A DNA stretch of 64,000 nucleotides, from NCBI GenBank assembly GCA_963813025.1, contig CAWEXO010000005.1:256001-320000 (forward strand). The letters are read 5' to 3'. Shown piece by piece: positions 9,990 through 20,293 of the stretch (the first letter of the stretch is position 1; each line of letters begins with the position of its first letter). Both the position numbers and the translations under genes were made by a program. Source of the DNA: an uncultured Verrucomicrobiae bacterium (lineage in GTDB: Bacteria; Verrucomicrobiota; Verrucomicrobiia; Chthoniobacterales; JAFAMB01). The notes beneath the pieces are model-generated. The model was not told where the DNA came from. It made no database searches and saw only the letters and a list, made by a program, of their open reading frames with translations.

Positions 9990-12830
9990 TTGGTCGTGAG
10001 TCGTAGCCGGGAAGAGCTGGCCGCCTGTTTGAGCCGGCATGGCATTCTTTATGCTTCAGCCGGGCAGCCAATTCGGCATCAGGATCGAACACCTGCGCCG
10101 TGGGCATTTTATAGCTGGAACGCTACCCTGACAGCGCATGGATTGCGTCTTGCTGCGGTCTGCATACTGGAGCGGCTGCGCGGATTCAGGGCCTCCCAGT
10201 TAGCAAGCATCGGTTATACCGGCATACCCCTGCTCTCCGCGTGCGTTCTGCTCGGAGAAGGGCGCTACACTGGCCTTTGCATCCGCGAGAGCCGGAAAAA
10301 ATATGTTTCCTGCCGCCAGGTGGAAGGGCCGTTCGACAAATCTGCCCCGGTTGTGATTATCGATGACTCGGTCAGCTCCGGCAATTCCATCGCAGAAGCC
10401 ATCAGGGCTATCGAGAATGAAGGAGGCGAAGTCGAAGGCGCGATCGCCCTAGTGCAGTTTCCGTATCGAGGTGGCCTCGATTGGGCAAATTCGGCTGGCT
10501 ACCGGGCCGAAGCGATCCTGGATGTCTGGTCCGATCTTGGTATGGCCCGCACGCTGGCTAAGCCTGAACGGCGGCCACCCCCGCTTACTGGCAAGGTCAG
10601 AGCTCCCGAAGGCTTGCACCCGGCAGTGCTGGCCCGGTTTTCAGCGGCCACGTGGCTTGCCACGGGTCTGGCGCCCTCGCCGCCCCTGCAAATGGATCGC
10701 AACTATGCATCCCCGGGAGGGGTCTTTGTCAGCTTTCGTGAGCGCGCTAACGATAACCGAATTGCTCGTAACGGATATTGGCATTTCAATCCGGACGATG
10801 CGGCGCCGTGTGCGGACGTGATTGCGGCAACAATTGAGACACTACGGGATGCGCATGGGCGCATTACACCCCAAACCCTTCCAGAACTCAAAATTGCGGT
10901 CACTTTTTTTTCCGCGCTCGAACTGATTAAGCCCAAAGATCTTGATTTTGAGCGTTACGGTATTGTGGTGCGAAGCCGGGCATTTCCAAGTAAGATGGGC
11001 GGCGCGCTGCCCAACACGCAGGCTTTCATCAGCGAGGTCGAACAATATCGCCAGGCGCGCGTGACCAATGCAGGCATTGAGCCTGGCGAGCCCCACGATC
11101 TATTCCGCCACGAGGTCTTCAAATACGTCGAACCGGGCCAAACGTGGCTGCAGTACGGTTCGCCGGAGAGCGCTGCAGGCTGGTGGCGGACCGCAGAGTG
11201 TGGTCGCCGGATCACAGCCCGTGCTCGGCAGTTATTCGACGAACTGCAGGGTAAAGAGGAACAATCGAAGGAAAAAGAAAGCGCAAGTGCTCCGGCCTCA
11301 GTCGATGCTTTTCCATTGGCCAGTGCGCCGGAGGATATTGGCCGTATCGAAGCGGTCGCGGTCCGCGTCTATCACCCGGACTACGGCCTGATCGGATACG
11401 GATTAGCACTGGGAACCGAGTTCGACGACGCGCTGCGTGCTGCGGTGCTACAGGCGGCCGCTGACCCGCGGGGCGGTTCAGGGTTGACGCGCGGAACGAT
11501 AGTCGTTTCCGTCCTGCACGATCCGGAACTGCTCGGCAGGGCGGCCGTCCAAACTGTCGCATTCAAGCTTCGGCGCGGGCTTGATGCGCTTGAAATCCAC
11601 TATTCCGGCAAAACCACGATTCTCCTGCCATCGGTGCTGGTTTACAACAACCTCACGCGAGCGGAATTCGTCCGGACCTGCGTGCGCTTGGCGGGTGCCG
11701 AGGCTGCAGCCGAAAGTCGCCAGGTCGAATGGCGAACCTTGCAATGCGCCGAATGGGTTGATGATGGCCGGTATACCCACCCTTTGCGGTTCGGCTCTGC
11801 GGTTCGTGATGCCGATACCCTGGATTCCGCCTCTTTGATCCGTTTGCTGGGCACTTACATCGTCGGATCGCTCGGGGCTGACCGCCTGCCGCGTTACATG
11901 CTACAACCGGCCAGCGGCGAGGTGCAGATCTACGGGACTGCCGGACGCGCCATTCACGGATTGATGGCGCTGGACCTCGCAGGGTTATTTCTTGGGGAAC
12001 GGAGTTGGCGGGAGGGGGCTGGCGCCGGCTTCGGTTATTGTCTGGACCATGTGCGGGAGGGTACCATCGTTCTTCCCGGCGTCGTCGGCGGGACGCTTGC
12101 GGACGCGGTTCTCCTTGGCGCGGTCGCTCGCTATAAGGCGCTCAGTCAGCGGGCTGCTTCACGCGCTCTGGCTGCCCGTCTGCGCGGCCTGCTGCGGCCG
12201 GAAGGACGAATCGGGTATACGCCTAAGCGGCTTGAACTGCCGCAGGATCACGAGTTTCTGCCCGGAGCTCTGCTGGCCGGTTTGGCAGATTTCGGGGCTA
12301 TCCAGGATGCCGGCGCGCAGGTTGCATGGTACGCACATCATTTTTCAGCTTTGCCGGGGTGGGGACAGGCCGGCTGGCTGCCGCAGGGTATGGCGGCGTT
12401 GTACCGGGTTACTGCAGATCGGGCGGCGGTTGAACTTGCCTTCGCGGCCACTGATTGGGCCATTGATCGGCAACTAGGGAGTAGCGGTGCGTTTCTTGAA
12501 GATCTCAGCCCGGATGAGCCGAGTTTCAATACGGGTTTTATCGCCGAGGGCGTCGCTGCATCCTGGGAGATTGCGATCGCTGTGGGCGACGTCGAACGAG
12601 CCGCACGCTATGCTGCGGCATGGTCGGCAGCGATGCGGTTTATGACAAACCTGATCGTTTTTCCGGAAGACGTTTTCGCGCTGCGGGCCGGACCAAAGGC
12701 CATTGGCGGTGTGCGCTGTACACTGACGCGTTCAGATATTCGGATCGATCAAGTCAGTCACTGCCTTCATGCGCTGGTAACTGGCGCGCGCCTGCAGCCT
12801 TCTGGGTCGCGTCTTAACATGTACGTGTAA
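9990..12830 (+). CDS. Multidomain protein: PyrE-like phosphoribosyltransferase + two AMMECR1-like domains + C-terminal helical (alpha/alpha toroid-like) domain
   Basis: IRESRKKY..RQVEG..VVIIDDSVSSG (PRPP motif); GGVFVSFRE...RYGIVVRS..GGALP and LRRGLDALEI..TILLPSV (AMMECR1-like); C-terminal GGVR...IRIDQVSH. Confidence 0.8.
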   Translation: MVVSRSREELAACLSRHGILYASAGQPIRHQDRTPAPWAFYSWNATLTAHGLRLAAVCILERLRGFRASQLASIGYTGIPLLSACVLLGEGRYTGLCIRESRKKYVSCRQVEGPFDKSAPVVIIDDSVSSGNSIAEAIRAIENEGGEVEGAIALVQFPYRGGLDWANSAGYRAEAILDVWSDLGMARTLAKPERRPPPLTGKVRAPEGLHPAVLARFSAATWLATGLAPSPPLQMDRNYASPGGVFVSFRERANDNRIARNGYWHFNPDDAAPCADVIAATIETLRDAHGRITPQTLPELKIAVTFFSALELIKPKDLDFERYGIVVRSRAFPSKMGGALPNTQAFISEVEQYRQARVTNAGIEPGEPHDLFRHEVFKYVEPGQTWLQYGSPESAAGWWRTAECGRRITARARQLFDELQGKEEQSKEKESASAPASVDAFPLASAPEDIGRIEAVAVRVYHPDYGLIGYGLALGTEFDDALRAAVLQAAADPRGGSGLTRGTIVVSVLHDPELLGRAAVQTVAFKLRRGLDALEIHYSGKTTILLPSVLVYNNLTRAEFVRTCVRLAGAEAAAESRQVEWRTLQCAEWVDDGRYTHPLRFGSAVRDADTLDSASLIRLLGTYIVGSLGADRLPRYMLQPASGEVQIYGTAGRAIHGLMALDLAGLFLGERSWREGAGAGFGYCLDHVREGTIVLPGVVGGTLADAVLLGAVARYKALSQRAASRALAARLRGLLRPEGRIGYTPKRLELPQDHEFLPGALLAGLADFGAIQDAGAQVAWYAHHFSALPGWGQAGWLPQGMAALYRVTADRAAVELAFAATDWAIDRQLGSSGAFLEDLSPDEPSFNTGFIAEGVAASWEIAIAVGDVERAARYAAAWSAAMRFMTNLIVFPEDVFALRAGPKAIGGVRCTLTRSDIRIDQVSHCLHALVTGARLQPSGSRLNMYV

Positions 12831-12963
12831 CAATTTGCTCAAGAAGCCGGCCCGGCGATCTGGAACGTAGTGCGTACCGAAAATCGTCCCACGGCCTGAA
12901 TCAGGAAAACAAGATAACGCCAAATTAGGAAAAAGGAAAATCGCAATGCCTGTTATCACCCTG

Positions 12964-13720
12964 TGTCGGCAGTCGAGTCAAAACCAGCCAGTGATGGTCG
13001 AATCAAAACCGGCCACTCTTTTAGTAAATAAAGGCATCGGGTGGGCTTGGCACGTAACGTTTTGTGGGATTGTAATTTGCATTTGATTTGTGTGAGCTCT
13101 GGAATGAGCGAACACTGATTGATCAAAAATGTAAAAAACAGCGACCGGCTCTGCGCGGAACATTCTCCAGATCAAGGCCAAAACGGAATAAATGGCGGGA
13201 AGCCCGTAGGGAGGCACCGTTTATGCCGGATTTGGACTGGAACCGGAGAATGCGGAGCGCTGTGGGGTGGTAGCGCGTTTTGGCTTAGATTGCAGGCGAT
13301 AGCTGCGGCCGTTGATGGGGATGATTTCGGCATCATGAAGCAAGCGATCAAGGATGGCACTGGCTGCAGGAACATCGTTTAGCAGTTTGCCCCATTCTTC
13401 GATGGGCCGGTTGGAAGTCATCATGGTGGAACGGTTTTCGTAACGACGCATAATGATCTCCAAGAGGATTTCACCGCTTTTTTGCGGCAGGACCTTCAGC
13501 CCCATATCGTCAATGATCAGCAGATCGGGCTTGAGGTATTTGCTTAAGAGTCGGCCTTCTCCGGCCTGGGTTTCCTGGCAGAGTAATTCACGTACCAGAT
13601 CAAAGATTGAGCGGTAAAGGACCAAGAAGCCGGCTTTGAGTACTTCGCGACCAATGGCCTGTACCAAGTGACTTTTTTCGACGCCCGGCGGACCGACCAG
13701 CAGTACGTCGCGCCGATTCG
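12964..13720 (-). mobile_element. istB: IS21-family remnant: 5'-truncated istB and right end
   Basis: LLVGPPGVEKSHL, DLLIIDDMG, TSNRPIEEW, AILDRLLH; the end TGTCGGC at 12964 carries repeated TCAAAACC(A/G)GCCA boxes. Confidence 0.85.
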
Positions 13721-14232
13721 GTGTGCTGAATACGTAGTTACAAAGGGAGCTGCTCCCGATTACGACTATCCTAAGTTTCTTGCTGAACTGAAGAAGGCCG
13801 GTGTCGAAGTGCCAGATCTTCCCAGGAAGACACACCATCGGCTGAAGGATTCAGCTGAGGATCTTGATAACTGTCAGTCGGACTCAAGGACGCTCAAATG
13901 ACCACCCCTTTTGCACAACTATACCGAAGTCAGGGCCTATCTGGAAAAGGAGCATCCCGATTGGCTCCGGGCTCTAACACCGCGGCACATAAACGCGCCA
14001 GCCGAAGCCAAGCCGGTTATGAGGGCGTCGACACCTGCCGAGCGGCACGAAATCTTCCTCGGTTAGGCTGGCGGCTCGTTTGTGGTGGTCGCGGGAAAAC
14101 ATTACCGCTGTGATACCGCGAACGCCGAGACACGGAAAGATGGTTCCTTAGCGTATAAAATTACACGAATCTGCCTAGTACCCTAACAAGCAAAAAAATA
14201 TAATTTTGCGAATTAAAACTCCGCACCTTTCA

Positions 14233-14610
14233 TTAGGCGACAAGCGTGATCTGCCACGTAATGGGCCCGTCGACCAGCGATCCCGCTGAAGGCGGGGAAT
14301 TGAGTTGCCCATTACCCGAGATGTCCCCCTGCGGGGCCGACGTAAAGCCCCATAACACCATCAAGACATTGTCCGAATCGGCATCTTGCGCACCTGCAAA
14401 ACAAAGAAGACTTCCCGTATCGAAAAGGCAATCTCCGCCGCCGACTGCGAACGGTTGCGCGTTGAAGGAGGAGCCGCCCCGAATAACCAGACTTTGCTCG
14501 ATCCAACCGTCAATCTGGCCGGCAGCAATGATCGGAACGTGGCGACCTGACCCGCTACCGATAACCGTCGACGCGTTCTTGCTGTCCACAATTTGAATAT
14601 TAACACCCAT
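14233..14610 (-). CDS. Hypothetical protein (125 aa, predicted beta-rich)
   Basis: Clean ATG-to-stop ORF with protein-like composition; no family recognised. Confidence 0.55.
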   Translation of the reverse strand: MGVNIQIVDSKNASTVIGSGSGRHVPIIAAGQIDGWIEQSLVIRGGSSFNAQPFAVGGGDCLFDTGSLLCFAGAQDADSDNVLMVLWGFTSAPQGDISGNGQLNSPPSAGSLVDGPITWQITLVA

Positions 14611-15571
14611 AAGCTAAGTCTCCAGACGCGATCCGCACAATCATTAGAACGAACTGAAGAAGCAATAATCCAATCGGGTAATGGGTAACGGGAGGCAAAA
14701 TGCGATAAGGCATAACAGGACAGTTTCTGGCTGTCCGCTTCTTTAGCCGAATCTCAGGCCGAGGCATACATCTAAAAACTGCCATGGGAGCTCCAACTGA
14801 GTTCTGAGACTCTGGTAGAGAGAATGATCTATCTCTATCTTGAGTTTAGGTGAAATCGCAAATCGGCCTGGCGGCATTGTCCGGAGCTGGGATTCTTCTT
14901 TACCTGCTGATTTCCAATGTGGAAACTTCCCGCGTATCAACGAAGTGTTTCAGTCGACTTCGTCACACATCTTGGTGCTGTTACACGCGAAAGCCTGGCT
15001 AACTCAACGTCACGGCTAGGGCAGCAACTTCGGACTACTCACTCTAATCTAACGTTTCAAAACGCGAGACTTAATAACGGCGTTAAAACGGATATTTGGC
15101 TGACTCGACCGAGTAAAATTGCATCGGGCTTAAATATCAGTGGAGGGCATACGCAGACAGGCCTAGCTGTGCGATTGGAAAGTAACAATCTGCCGGTCCC
15201 GGCAAGCGTCCTCCAGAGCGACGCTGCGCGAATAGCAAATAGTCGATAGCCGGATCCGTGTGGCTCGCCCGCGATGAGTGAGGGTTTTCCGATCGCCACC
15301 TCGTCTGGCCTTCCCCTCGCTAAGCCGCAGCCTAGTCACCCAATCGGGTGATTGTGGAAGTTGAATCTCCCAGTTAGGTCCACGGTACCGATTTGCCAGA
15401 TATGAAAGCAGATGAAATGAAAAGTCTTGTACAGGCGGCTGCGCCAGGCTCTCTCCAGGAAGTTGTAAACTGCACTTCGGACGCTGACTTCTTGGTATCT
15501 GGTGTAACAAATGGCGGTTGCAATTATGTGATTTCGCGGTTCGCCTGTAACTCACAGGTTTTGGAGGTTAC

Positions 15572-18082
15572 ATGAACCGGCCCAAAAAACGCGCAGCGAA
15601 GAAGGACAAGAAGGTCGCCCCCAAAGTGGCGCCAGCCAGCCTGGCCCCGTTTCGAGAGGCCAGTCAGGCGCCCCCAAAATCCTCGCCCAAAGTTGTTCCG
15701 TTTGGGGGCCCCCAGCAAGAATGCCGTCCGCGTTCACGAACCTCGCCGACCTTCGTGGCCCGAATCTCGCGCAAGCTCGGCAAGCTCCGTCAGCCCTGTC
15801 CCTGTGATTCGTGCCCGCCTTCTCCCGAGCTGACCTGCTCGTACATCGGCGAAGATCAATTCGTCGAAGACGCCTATCTCGCCAACGCGTATCGAGGCAA
15901 TCTGTTCTTGACGCCCGGTGATGCCAGCGGTGTTATTGGCGGGCTGCTGCATTCGCTCGATCCTCCACAGCATTACTCCCACATGGGAATCATAGTGGCG
16001 AATCATGACTTGGTCCGTCATTGCACCATGTCGCAGGATCGGCTGACCACCAGCGAGTATTACAGCGGCAGCATGCTGGGAGTTCCGGCGCCCCTTGACG
16101 GACTCGATGTAGATCACGCGCAATACGGTTGGCCTGGGACAATTACCCAATCGGTGTATCAGGCGTTTTTTGCCGCTCGCTACGGCACCGGGATCACACC
16201 GCCCGGCCATTCCGGACCATATAAGGGTTCCTTTCTTCCCGATCCCGAAAGTACTCACAACAATTCCTACCTGATGAACCAACTCGGGTTTGATCCCGTT
16301 TCCGATGACGGAGACACTTGGTATCCACCGCTCATCGTGAAGCTTTGCCCGTTCCTCCAGACTCAGCAGCACACGGAGGCTCTCGATCGCATCGTCCAGG
16401 CCGCGCTATCCGCCTACGCCCATTACCGGTTCTTCGCTTACACCGATGGAGTAATCGGCGGTGAATCGGGGGTAACGGGGGCGAGCTTCACCGTGCCGGT
16501 GGCCCAACCTGATTTCGACCCGTCCACAGGCAGGTGGGCCGATTGGGCCACAAGCCTTAAAACGGTGACGACGCCGACGATCCCGGCCTGCTGCTCCTCG
16601 TTTGCATGGCAAATGGTCCAGAATTCTGTGCCGCCCGGAGGTCCCAAGATCATCCTCGATTGGGCCAATTCACATTTGCAGGCGCTGGGCGAATATCAGG
16701 GTAAATGTATACGCTCCGTTCCGCCGCTGTGGCAAGCCGACTCGCGCGACAAGGCAACGCGCGACGGCCTGTATCTCTATAGCGAGGGCGAGCGCATCCT
16801 GACGGCTAACTCCTTGCACGACAATCTCGCGCAGCTTGTTTACGATAAGCTGAAGGCACAGTTGCATAATGCGGGTGGCGTTGAAAGCGCCGTTGCCAGC
16901 GTCCTCGACGACGTTGGGCGAGACGCGTTTATTATCGCCGCTGGTGCCGGCGTCGCGGCGCTTTCGAGCCTGCTGGGGCCCCTCGTGGCAACGGCAGGGT
17001 ATGTTGTCGATGCGGTCTTCTTGAGTAAACTGATCGAGCTGCTCAAGGACATGCCCGAAGACATTGCCAACCAGATGTGTAACCTGTTCGCCTTCGATTG
17101 TGCCCGCGGCTTCCCGGCCGACGCGCACTGCGTCGATGCCAAGGGCAACCAGATCACGGATGTCGATTCAGATAACTGGAGTTCGGCGCCCGGTCCCGGT
17201 AGGGCTGTCAGCCCCGACAACATCCACATGTTTTGGGACGCACCGGGAATAGCGAACTCGGATATCATCCAAGGCCTTTACGGCTACAACGTTCCCGCCA
17301 AGCTCTGCGTCGGAGTCTTCAACCGGCCGATATGCGCGCTCGTGCCGAGTACGGGCGTTACCACCCTCATCGGGTCAGTGTTCTACAGCAACAAACCAGT
17401 GGCAGGCGCTTACGTTTCAGCAGCTTGCCAATATACCCTTACCTCCGGAGAGCGAATGCCACGTTACAGTCTGAAGGTCCACTCGGGCGGCCAATACAAG
17501 GTGATCGCGCGCTACGAGGACCTGAACACGGGGATGGTGCTGTACGGAGAGGCAGTCACGGGAGACCGCAACTCTCCGCCGCTCCAGCCCAACACCGTGT
17601 TCCACCTCAATATTCAAGTCATCGAACCGCCCCCCAACATGCGCAACGTTGTCATCCAAGGGGTGATTCGTTGCGATGATGTCCAGTTGACCACACAAGA
17701 CAACGGCCAACAGTCATTCCAGACGACGCTTTTCGTGCAGTACGGCGCTGCCGTTTTCGACATCGCCAGCGGAACTTGGAAAATAGATATCTACGCCGGG
17801 CGCCCGACCGATACCGCCAGCGTAGGCTATTCTGTGGGCGATTCGAATGCCTCGGTGCAAATGAGCGCGTACGTCTACTCGGATTATTCCGTGGATGTGA
17901 CGCTGGAAGGACTCCTAAATCCCGGCGACGATAATATGTCGACTGGAAAGCAGACCTTTCACGTCTCCAAAGATCAGACCATCAATCTGACTGAGGCCGA
18001 CCTTGATACGGGCGGTGCATTCCCCGACCGGGCGTACTTCCGGGGATTTACGATTGCGAACAACGCTGTCTCCGCGATCTAG
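15572..18082 (+). CDS. 836-aa protein with a permuted NlpC/P60 (YiiX/YaeF-like) catalytic domain and C-terminal beta-sandwich domains
   Basis: GGAGG RBS; LTPGD..HYSHMGII (His first), HYRF, ACCSSFAW (Cys later), VSPDNI; GSVFYSNKPVAGAYVS resembles a carboxypeptidase-regulatory-like domain. Confidence 0.65.
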   Translation: MNRPKKRAAKKDKKVAPKVAPASLAPFREASQAPPKSSPKVVPFGGPQQECRPRSRTSPTFVARISRKLGKLRQPCPCDSCPPSPELTCSYIGEDQFVEDAYLANAYRGNLFLTPGDASGVIGGLLHSLDPPQHYSHMGIIVANHDLVRHCTMSQDRLTTSEYYSGSMLGVPAPLDGLDVDHAQYGWPGTITQSVYQAFFAARYGTGITPPGHSGPYKGSFLPDPESTHNNSYLMNQLGFDPVSDDGDTWYPPLIVKLCPFLQTQQHTEALDRIVQAALSAYAHYRFFAYTDGVIGGESGVTGASFTVPVAQPDFDPSTGRWADWATSLKTVTTPTIPACCSSFAWQMVQNSVPPGGPKIILDWANSHLQALGEYQGKCIRSVPPLWQADSRDKATRDGLYLYSEGERILTANSLHDNLAQLVYDKLKAQLHNAGGVESAVASVLDDVGRDAFIIAAGAGVAALSSLLGPLVATAGYVVDAVFLSKLIELLKDMPEDIANQMCNLFAFDCARGFPADAHCVDAKGNQITDVDSDNWSSAPGPGRAVSPDNIHMFWDAPGIANSDIIQGLYGYNVPAKLCVGVFNRPICALVPSTGVTTLIGSVFYSNKPVAGAYVSAACQYTLTSGERMPRYSLKVHSGGQYKVIARYEDLNTGMVLYGEAVTGDRNSPPLQPNTVFHLNIQVIEPPPNMRNVVIQGVIRCDDVQLTTQDNGQQSFQTTLFVQYGAAVFDIASGTWKIDIYAGRPTDTASVGYSVGDSNASVQMSAYVYSDYSVDVTLEGLLNPGDDNMSTGKQTFHVSKDQTINLTEADLDTGGAFPDRAYFRGFTIANNAVSAI

Positions 18083-19201
18083 TGCAATAAGTCGGTGACT
18101 AGTTGTGCGATTATGTTGTACGCTATCTGGCGTGAGTTTAGGCAGAATTGTGTTGGCGCCGCCTGAGCGGCGTGAATTGAAGCGCAGGGCGCGGAAACGG
18201 TCTCTGGCGATGGAGTTAGTCAAACGTGCAGAGGTCATTTTGATGTTGGCATCAGGTCATTCTTACCGGGAAGTTCGGCAGCGGCTGGATTGCAGTGATG
18301 AGTATATCCGGGAGTGGAAGAAGCGCTTTCAAGAGGAGCGGTTGGCGGGACTCGATTCGCGTTATCGCGGTAGTCCACGCCGAACCCGTACAGCTGAGAC
18401 CGAGGCGCGTATCTTGGAACTCACGCGTCAGGGTCCCAAGGACGGTACGACCCACTGGAGCAGCTATCGGCTGGCAAAAGATCTGGGCATTAGCCAGTCG
18501 AGCGTGAGCCGTGTCTGGCGCCATTTCGGCATTCAGCCTCATCGGCTGCGTGGTTACATGGCCAGCGATGATCCTGAGTTTAAAGAGAAGGCGGCAGATA
18601 TCATTGGCTTGTATCTTGAGCCACCGGTAAACGCCGCGGTCTTCTGCGTCGATGAGAAGAGCGCTATCCAAGCGCTCGATCGACTTGACCCAGTTTTGCC
18701 TCTTTCCCCCGGCCGAGCTGAACGACATGGCTTTGAGTATTTTCGTCACGGCACCCTCTCACTGTATGCGGCGCTCGACACTCGCACCGGCGACGTTATG
18801 GGAAAGACCACCGCTAGGCATACCAGTGCTGAGTTTGTCGGCTTTCTCGGCCAGATCGTCGCCAGCCAGCCCGATGGCCGAGAGATTCACATCGTCGCCG
18901 ACAACTTGAGCGCACATAAAACCAAGCATGTTTTCGAGTTCCTCCAGGCCAATCCAACGGTTCGGATCCACTACACCCCGACCTATTCCAGTTGGCTCAA
19001 TCAAGTCGAGATCTGGTTTTCCAAAATCCAACGCGATGTCATCGCTCGCGGAATCTTCACTTCTACAACCGACCTCTCCAGAAAGCTGATTCGCTACATC
19101 AGGCAGTACAACAAAACCGCCACACCCTTCCGCTGGAGATATAAGAATGCCGATCATCGCATTAAACAAGTCACTCAACGAGGCTCTGACTCACTGCACT
19201 A
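18080..19201 (+). mobile_element. Intact IS630-family element; transposase 18105-19202
   Basis: VFCVDEKS, IVADNLSAHK, TPTYSSWLNQVEIWF; IRs TAGTGCAATAAGTC and GACTCACTGCACTA; CTAG at both ends. Confidence 0.95.
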
Positions 19202-19311
19202 GTATATCGTTTACGAAATAACTATAAATGACTGGCATGTAACCGGTAGAGCCGCTACGGGGCTCCGACCTTTCGAGCAGAAGGGGTGTCATGCTGCACA
19301 AAATTAGGAGA

Positions 19312-19770
19312 CTATTGGAAGAAGGCTGGTATGTTGCACATAATTGGGAGACCCGGCGCACGAATTGAATGTGTCTCGCTTGCGAGCCGGCTTGAAAACA
19401 GAATGACCAACGACTCCACGAGGTTTCTAAAATCGGCGCTCGAAATCTCGCTCAACCATTGAGGATCCGGAGCTCTACCGTGAACCGCGTTGACATAAGC
19501 GTCTTCAAGTGCCATCACAGCATTTATTTGGGGAGCTGGTCTCTCCCGGATCAACTTTACAGAAAAGTCGAACTTCGACAGAAAAGCCGGATTTTGTCGG
19601 AGGCCTCGGAAAGAGCAGTGGCTCTTCGACGAGGCAAACGGGGCATTGCGAGTGAAGTGGCCGCACATGAACGCGGCAGTGCGTCAGCAGAGCCAAGCTC
19701 CACGCGGCAGGAATGTAGGCAGGATCGCCCGTCTGAGCGGCTCCGTGGAGACAGTCCGGACAGAAAGCAT
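19312..19770 (-). pseudogene. TniQ-family fragment
   Basis: FCPDCL....YIPAAW....THCRVH..PLHSQCPVC is the TniQ zinc-finger pattern; frameshifted and 5'-truncated. Confidence 0.7.
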
Positions 19771-19774
19771 AACC

Positions 19775-20165
19775 GTTTTGACCAATCTGGAAGGTCGCGC
19801 CCAAGGACTCTACGATGAGATTTATTGTGTGCGGGATGAGATGGAAAATCGCATCAAGGAACAATAACTTTGGTCTCTTTAGTGATCGCACCAGCTGCCA
19901 TGCCTGGTGGTCTAATCAGTTTCGGCTCTTTCTCTCTTCGTTGGTCTACGTGCTCTTAGAAGCATTGCGTCGGCTTGGGTTAAGCGCTAGGGAATTGGCC
20001 CGCGCGCAGGTTGGAACCATCCGTTTGCGCTTACTCAAAATCGGCGCGGTCATCACCCGAAACACCCGGCGCATTCGATTGTGGTTGAGTTCCAGCTTCC
20101 CACTCCAACAGCTCTTCTGCTCCTGCTTGGTGCACTTCTACGGAGTGAACTTCTGGCGGCGCTGA
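19775..20165 (+). mobile_element. IS1380-family transposase C-terminal fragment
   Basis: VLTNL..LYDEIYC.R.EMENRIKEQ, LFSDRTSCH..SNQFRL, TIRLRLLKIGA. Confidence 0.85.
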
Positions 20166-20293
20166 CCCCGGCACCTCAAAAACAATGGTGGCTTAGTTAG
20201 TTAGCCATCGACTCCTCACCTATTCCCGTCTCAGCACAAACCACTAGCTGATGCAAAAAGACTTTCTATCGGTCTCCAAGGGTAAAGTAGTGT

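Noticed and set aside
9990..10500. Housekeeping pyrE
   Set aside because: Fused to ~780 extra aa, lacks the usual N-terminal LxSG/YxD motif and has no pyr gene context.
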